Below are positions 61,600 through 64,000 of a stretch of 64,000 nucleotides of DNA, in pieces. The translations under genes and the position numbers were made by a program. Every line of letters starts with the position of its first letter. Positions within the stretch are counted from its first letter, which is position 1. The notes under the pieces are model-generated. The model saw only the letters and a list, made by a program, of their open reading frames with translations, did not search any database and had not been told where the DNA came from. Source of the DNA: an uncultured delta proteobacterium (GTDB lineage: Bacteria > Desulfobacterota > Binatia > JACPRU01); the NCBI GenBank assembly GCA_963745025.1, contig CAVUWD010000006.1, forward strand, positions 32,001 through 96,000, given 5' to 3'.

Positions 61600-63015
61600 A
61601 TGACTTCTCCAAACGAAGCGCTCACCGATCTGACGATCCGCGCCGCCGCGGCGCAAATTCGCGAGCGGAGGCTCTCGCCTCTCGAGCTCACCAACGCTTA
61701 CCTCGAGCGCATCGAGCGGGTGAATCCGAGGATCAACGCCTACGTGACGGTCACCGCCGAGCGCGCGCTCGCCGATGCACGGCGCGCGACCGAAGAGATC
61801 TCGAAGGGCGGACCCCGCACCCCCTTGCATGGGATTCCGATCGCGCTCAAGGACCTCTTCGAGACCGCGGGCATCCGCACGACCGCCGGCGCCAAGTTCT
61901 TCGCCGATTACGTCCCGAAGACGGACTGCACGGCAGCCCGTCGCCTGCGCGAGGCGGGCTCCGTGCTGCTCGGCAAGCTCAATACCCACGAGTTCGCCTA
62001 CGGCGTCACGACCGACAATCCTCACTTCGGAACGACCCGCAATCCGTGGGATCCGAGTCGGATTCCCGGCGGCTCGAGCGGAGGTTCCGGCGCTGCGATT
62101 GCCGCCTCGCTCGCCGTCGCGACGCTCGGCACCGACACGGGCGGGAGCATTCGCATCCCGTCCTCGCTCTGCGGCGCGGTCGGACTGAAGCCGACCTACG
62201 GGCGAGTCAGCAAGGCCGGCGTTTTCCCGCTCTCCTACATCTTCGACCACCCCGGCCCGATCGCCCGCAGCGTCGACGACGCGGCGCTCGTGCTCGAAAC
62301 GATCGCCGGCTACGACCCGGCCGATCCGACCAGCGTGCGCGTACCGGTCGAGCCCTATGCGCGTGATCTCGGGCGTGGCGTCAAAGGCCTGCGCATCGGT
62401 GTCCCGCGTCGCTACTTCTACGAGCGGCTCGACGCGGACGTCGGCACCGCGGTCGAGGCGGCGCTCGGCGTGCTGCGCGGCCTCGGCGCCGTGGTATGTG
62501 ACGTCGACCTGATGAGCAGCGAGGCGGGGATCCTATCGCTCTTCGCGATCGTGCTCGCCGAAGCACGACAGATTCACGCCGAGCGTCTCGCCTCCCGGCC
62601 GGAGGACTTCGGCCGCGACGTCATGGCGATCTTCTCGCAAGACCCGCCGAAGTCGGCCGCAGTCGTCGCCGCGCTCGAGGAGACCTACAAGCTCTCCACG
62701 GCGATGCGCGAGGCGCTCGAGTCGGCGGACGTGCTGGTCACGCCGACGACGCCCGTTCCCGCCGTGAAGATCGGCCAGGAGACTGTCCGCTGCGGCGGTA
62801 CCGAGGAGTCGACGATCTTGACGATGATCCGCTGCACGGCGCCCTTTAACGCCACGCATCTTCCCGCGCTTTCCCTTCCCTGCGGCTTCAATCGCCAAGG
62901 CCTACCGATCGGTCTGCAGATCGCCGGGCGTCCGTTCGACGAGTCGACCGTGCTCGCGGTCGGCCACGCGTACGAACAAGCCACCGAATGGCATCAGCGG
63001 AGACCGGAGCTGTGA
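61600..63015 (+). CDS. Amidase-signature family enzyme
   Basis: LHGIPIALKD, PGGSSGGS, GTDTGGSIRIP. Confidence 0.93.
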   Translation: MTSPNEALTDLTIRAAAAQIRERRLSPLELTNAYLERIERVNPRINAYVTVTAERALADARRATEEISKGGPRTPLHGIPIALKDLFETAGIRTTAGAKFFADYVPKTDCTAARRLREAGSVLLGKLNTHEFAYGVTTDNPHFGTTRNPWDPSRIPGGSSGGSGAAIAASLAVATLGTDTGGSIRIPSSLCGAVGLKPTYGRVSKAGVFPLSYIFDHPGPIARSVDDAALVLETIAGYDPADPTSVRVPVEPYARDLGRGVKGLRIGVPRRYFYERLDADVGTAVEAALGVLRGLGAVVCDVDLMSSEAGILSLFAIVLAEARQIHAERLASRPEDFGRDVMAIFSQDPPKSAAVVAALEETYKLSTAMREALESADVLVTPTTPVPAVKIGQETVRCGGTEESTILTMIRCTAPFNATHLPALSLPCGFNRQGLPIGLQIAGRPFDESTVLAVGHAYEQATEWHQRRPEL

Positions 63016-63021
63016 GATGCG

Positions 63022-63093
63022 ATCACCGGCATCCGGCTACGGCTGCCGGATGCCGGAAAAGATTCCGCGATGTCTGCGGTAGCCGGTAACCGT
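63022..63093 (+). repeat. Degenerate CGGCTAC-family inverted repeat array
   Basis: CCGGCATCCGGCTACGGCTGCCGGATGCCGG ... GGTAGCCGGTAACCG between convergent genes. Confidence 0.55.
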
Positions 63094-64000
63094 CAGCGCT
63101 TCTCGATTCCCCGCAGCTCGAGCCGGTAACGCCGAAGCTCCGGAAACACGAAGCCGACGATCGCGACCACGACGAGGCTCGCCACGCCTCCGCTCACCAC
63201 CGAAAACGTCGGGCTGGTGAGCGCGGCGACGAATCCCGACTCGGCGGCGCCGAGCTGGTTCGACGCGCCGATGAAGACGAGGTTGACGGAGCTCACCCGC
63301 CCGCGCAGCTCGTCCGGCGTCGTCAGCTGAATGGTCGTGCTGCGCAGCACCACGCTCACTTGATCCGCCATTCCCACCGCCGTGTACGCGGCGACGGAGA
63401 GCGGAAACGATCGGGAGAGCCCGAACACGATCGTCGCAACCCCGTAGAGACCGACGCTCGCAAGCAGCGCCGGTCCGGCGCGGGTGATCGGCGGGAGCAG
63501 GGTGAGCACGAGCGAGCACACGATCGCGCCTACGTCGAGCGACGAGGCGAGAACTCCGTAGCCACGCGCCCCAACATGCAGGATGTCGGTGGCATAGATC
63601 GGCAGCAGCGCCGCCGCCCCCCCGAAGATGACCGCGAGCATGTCGAGCGTCATACAGCCGAGCACGACGGGGTGGCTGCGGACGAACGACACTCCTTCGC
63701 GGATCCCCCGCCAATCGACTCGCCGCACCGATTCCTGCGCAGGCGCGCGCAGACGGGCGAGCGCCACGAGAGAGACGAGGACCAGCGTTGCCGACGCCGC
63801 GTACACCGCGCCCACGCCTGCCTCGGCGATCACGAAGCCGGCCGCCGCGGGCCCCGTTGCGAAGGCCAGCGACCGGGTGGTCGATGCAGTCGCGACGGCG
63901 TGCGGGAACCGATCGCGCGCGACCAGCCCCGGCAGCATCGCGGCGCCGGCGGGGTTGTCGAAGGTCGCCGCAACGGAGATCACCAAGATCACGGTGTAGA
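63093..64000 (-). CDS. MFS transporter (EntS/MFS_3-like), 5' truncated by window edge
   Basis: LDMLAVIFGGA, TPDELRGRVSSVN, SNQLGAAESG. Confidence 0.88.
   Translation of the reverse strand, partial: YTVILVISVAATFDNPAGAAMLPGLVARDRFPHAVATASTTRSLAFATGPAAAGFVIAEAGVGAVYAASATLVLVSLVALARLRAPAQESVRRVDWRGIREGVSFVRSHPVVLGCMTLDMLAVIFGGAAALLPIYATDILHVGARGYGVLASSLDVGAIVCSLVLTLLPPITRAGPALLASVGLYGVATIVFGLSRSFPLSVAAYTAVGMADQVSVVLRSTTIQLTTPDELRGRVSSVNLVFIGASNQLGAAESGFVAALTSPTFSVVSGGVASLVVVAIVGFVFPELRRYRLELRGIEKR

Noticed and set aside
1-64000. Many long ORFs in the track (e.g. 52901-54895 +, 33659-35830 -, 11501-13192 -, 41393-43240 +, 58653-60011 +)
   Set aside because: They are antisense or off-frame shadows of real high-GC genes, with no recognisable motifs.
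1-64000. CRISPR array or cas genes
   Set aside because: No regularly spaced repeats or cas motifs seen; the dispersed repeat is kilobases apart and in both orientations.

Overview
High-GC bacterial chromosomal segment. The gene repertoire (LLM oxidoreductases, DUF1329, cyclase-STAND proteins, acetone-carboxylase-like operon) suggests Binatota/Deltaproteobacteria; this is an inference. An intact core block (tRNA-Val, thrS-infC-rpmI-rplT-pheS-pheT-ihfA, minus strand, 47.8-55.0 kb) sits among mosaic accessory DNA: kefFC, cydAB, acxABC, many hydrolases and oxidoreductases, two nucleotide-cyclase proteins and two stand-alone cNMP-binding proteins. Main signals missed by the ORF track: (1) a selenocysteine peroxiredoxin with an in-frame TGA at the peroxidatic position and a SECIS-like hairpin; (2) a dispersed repeat of up to ~55 bp in five copies that looks like an IS91/ISCR rolling-circle oriIS end, with one copy attached to a decayed IS91 transposase C-terminus and three copies just upstream of intact genes; (3) a 3.4-kb integrase-less islet bounded by a 27-bp direct repeat made from the 3' end of a BamA/TamA-family gene; (4) an internally deleted IS200 miniature element; (5) about ten short gene fragments in intergenic DNA; (6) a probable ATC start for infC. 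Several accessory genes carry single-base indels that may be sequencing errors. All calls come from reading the sequence; no searches were run.
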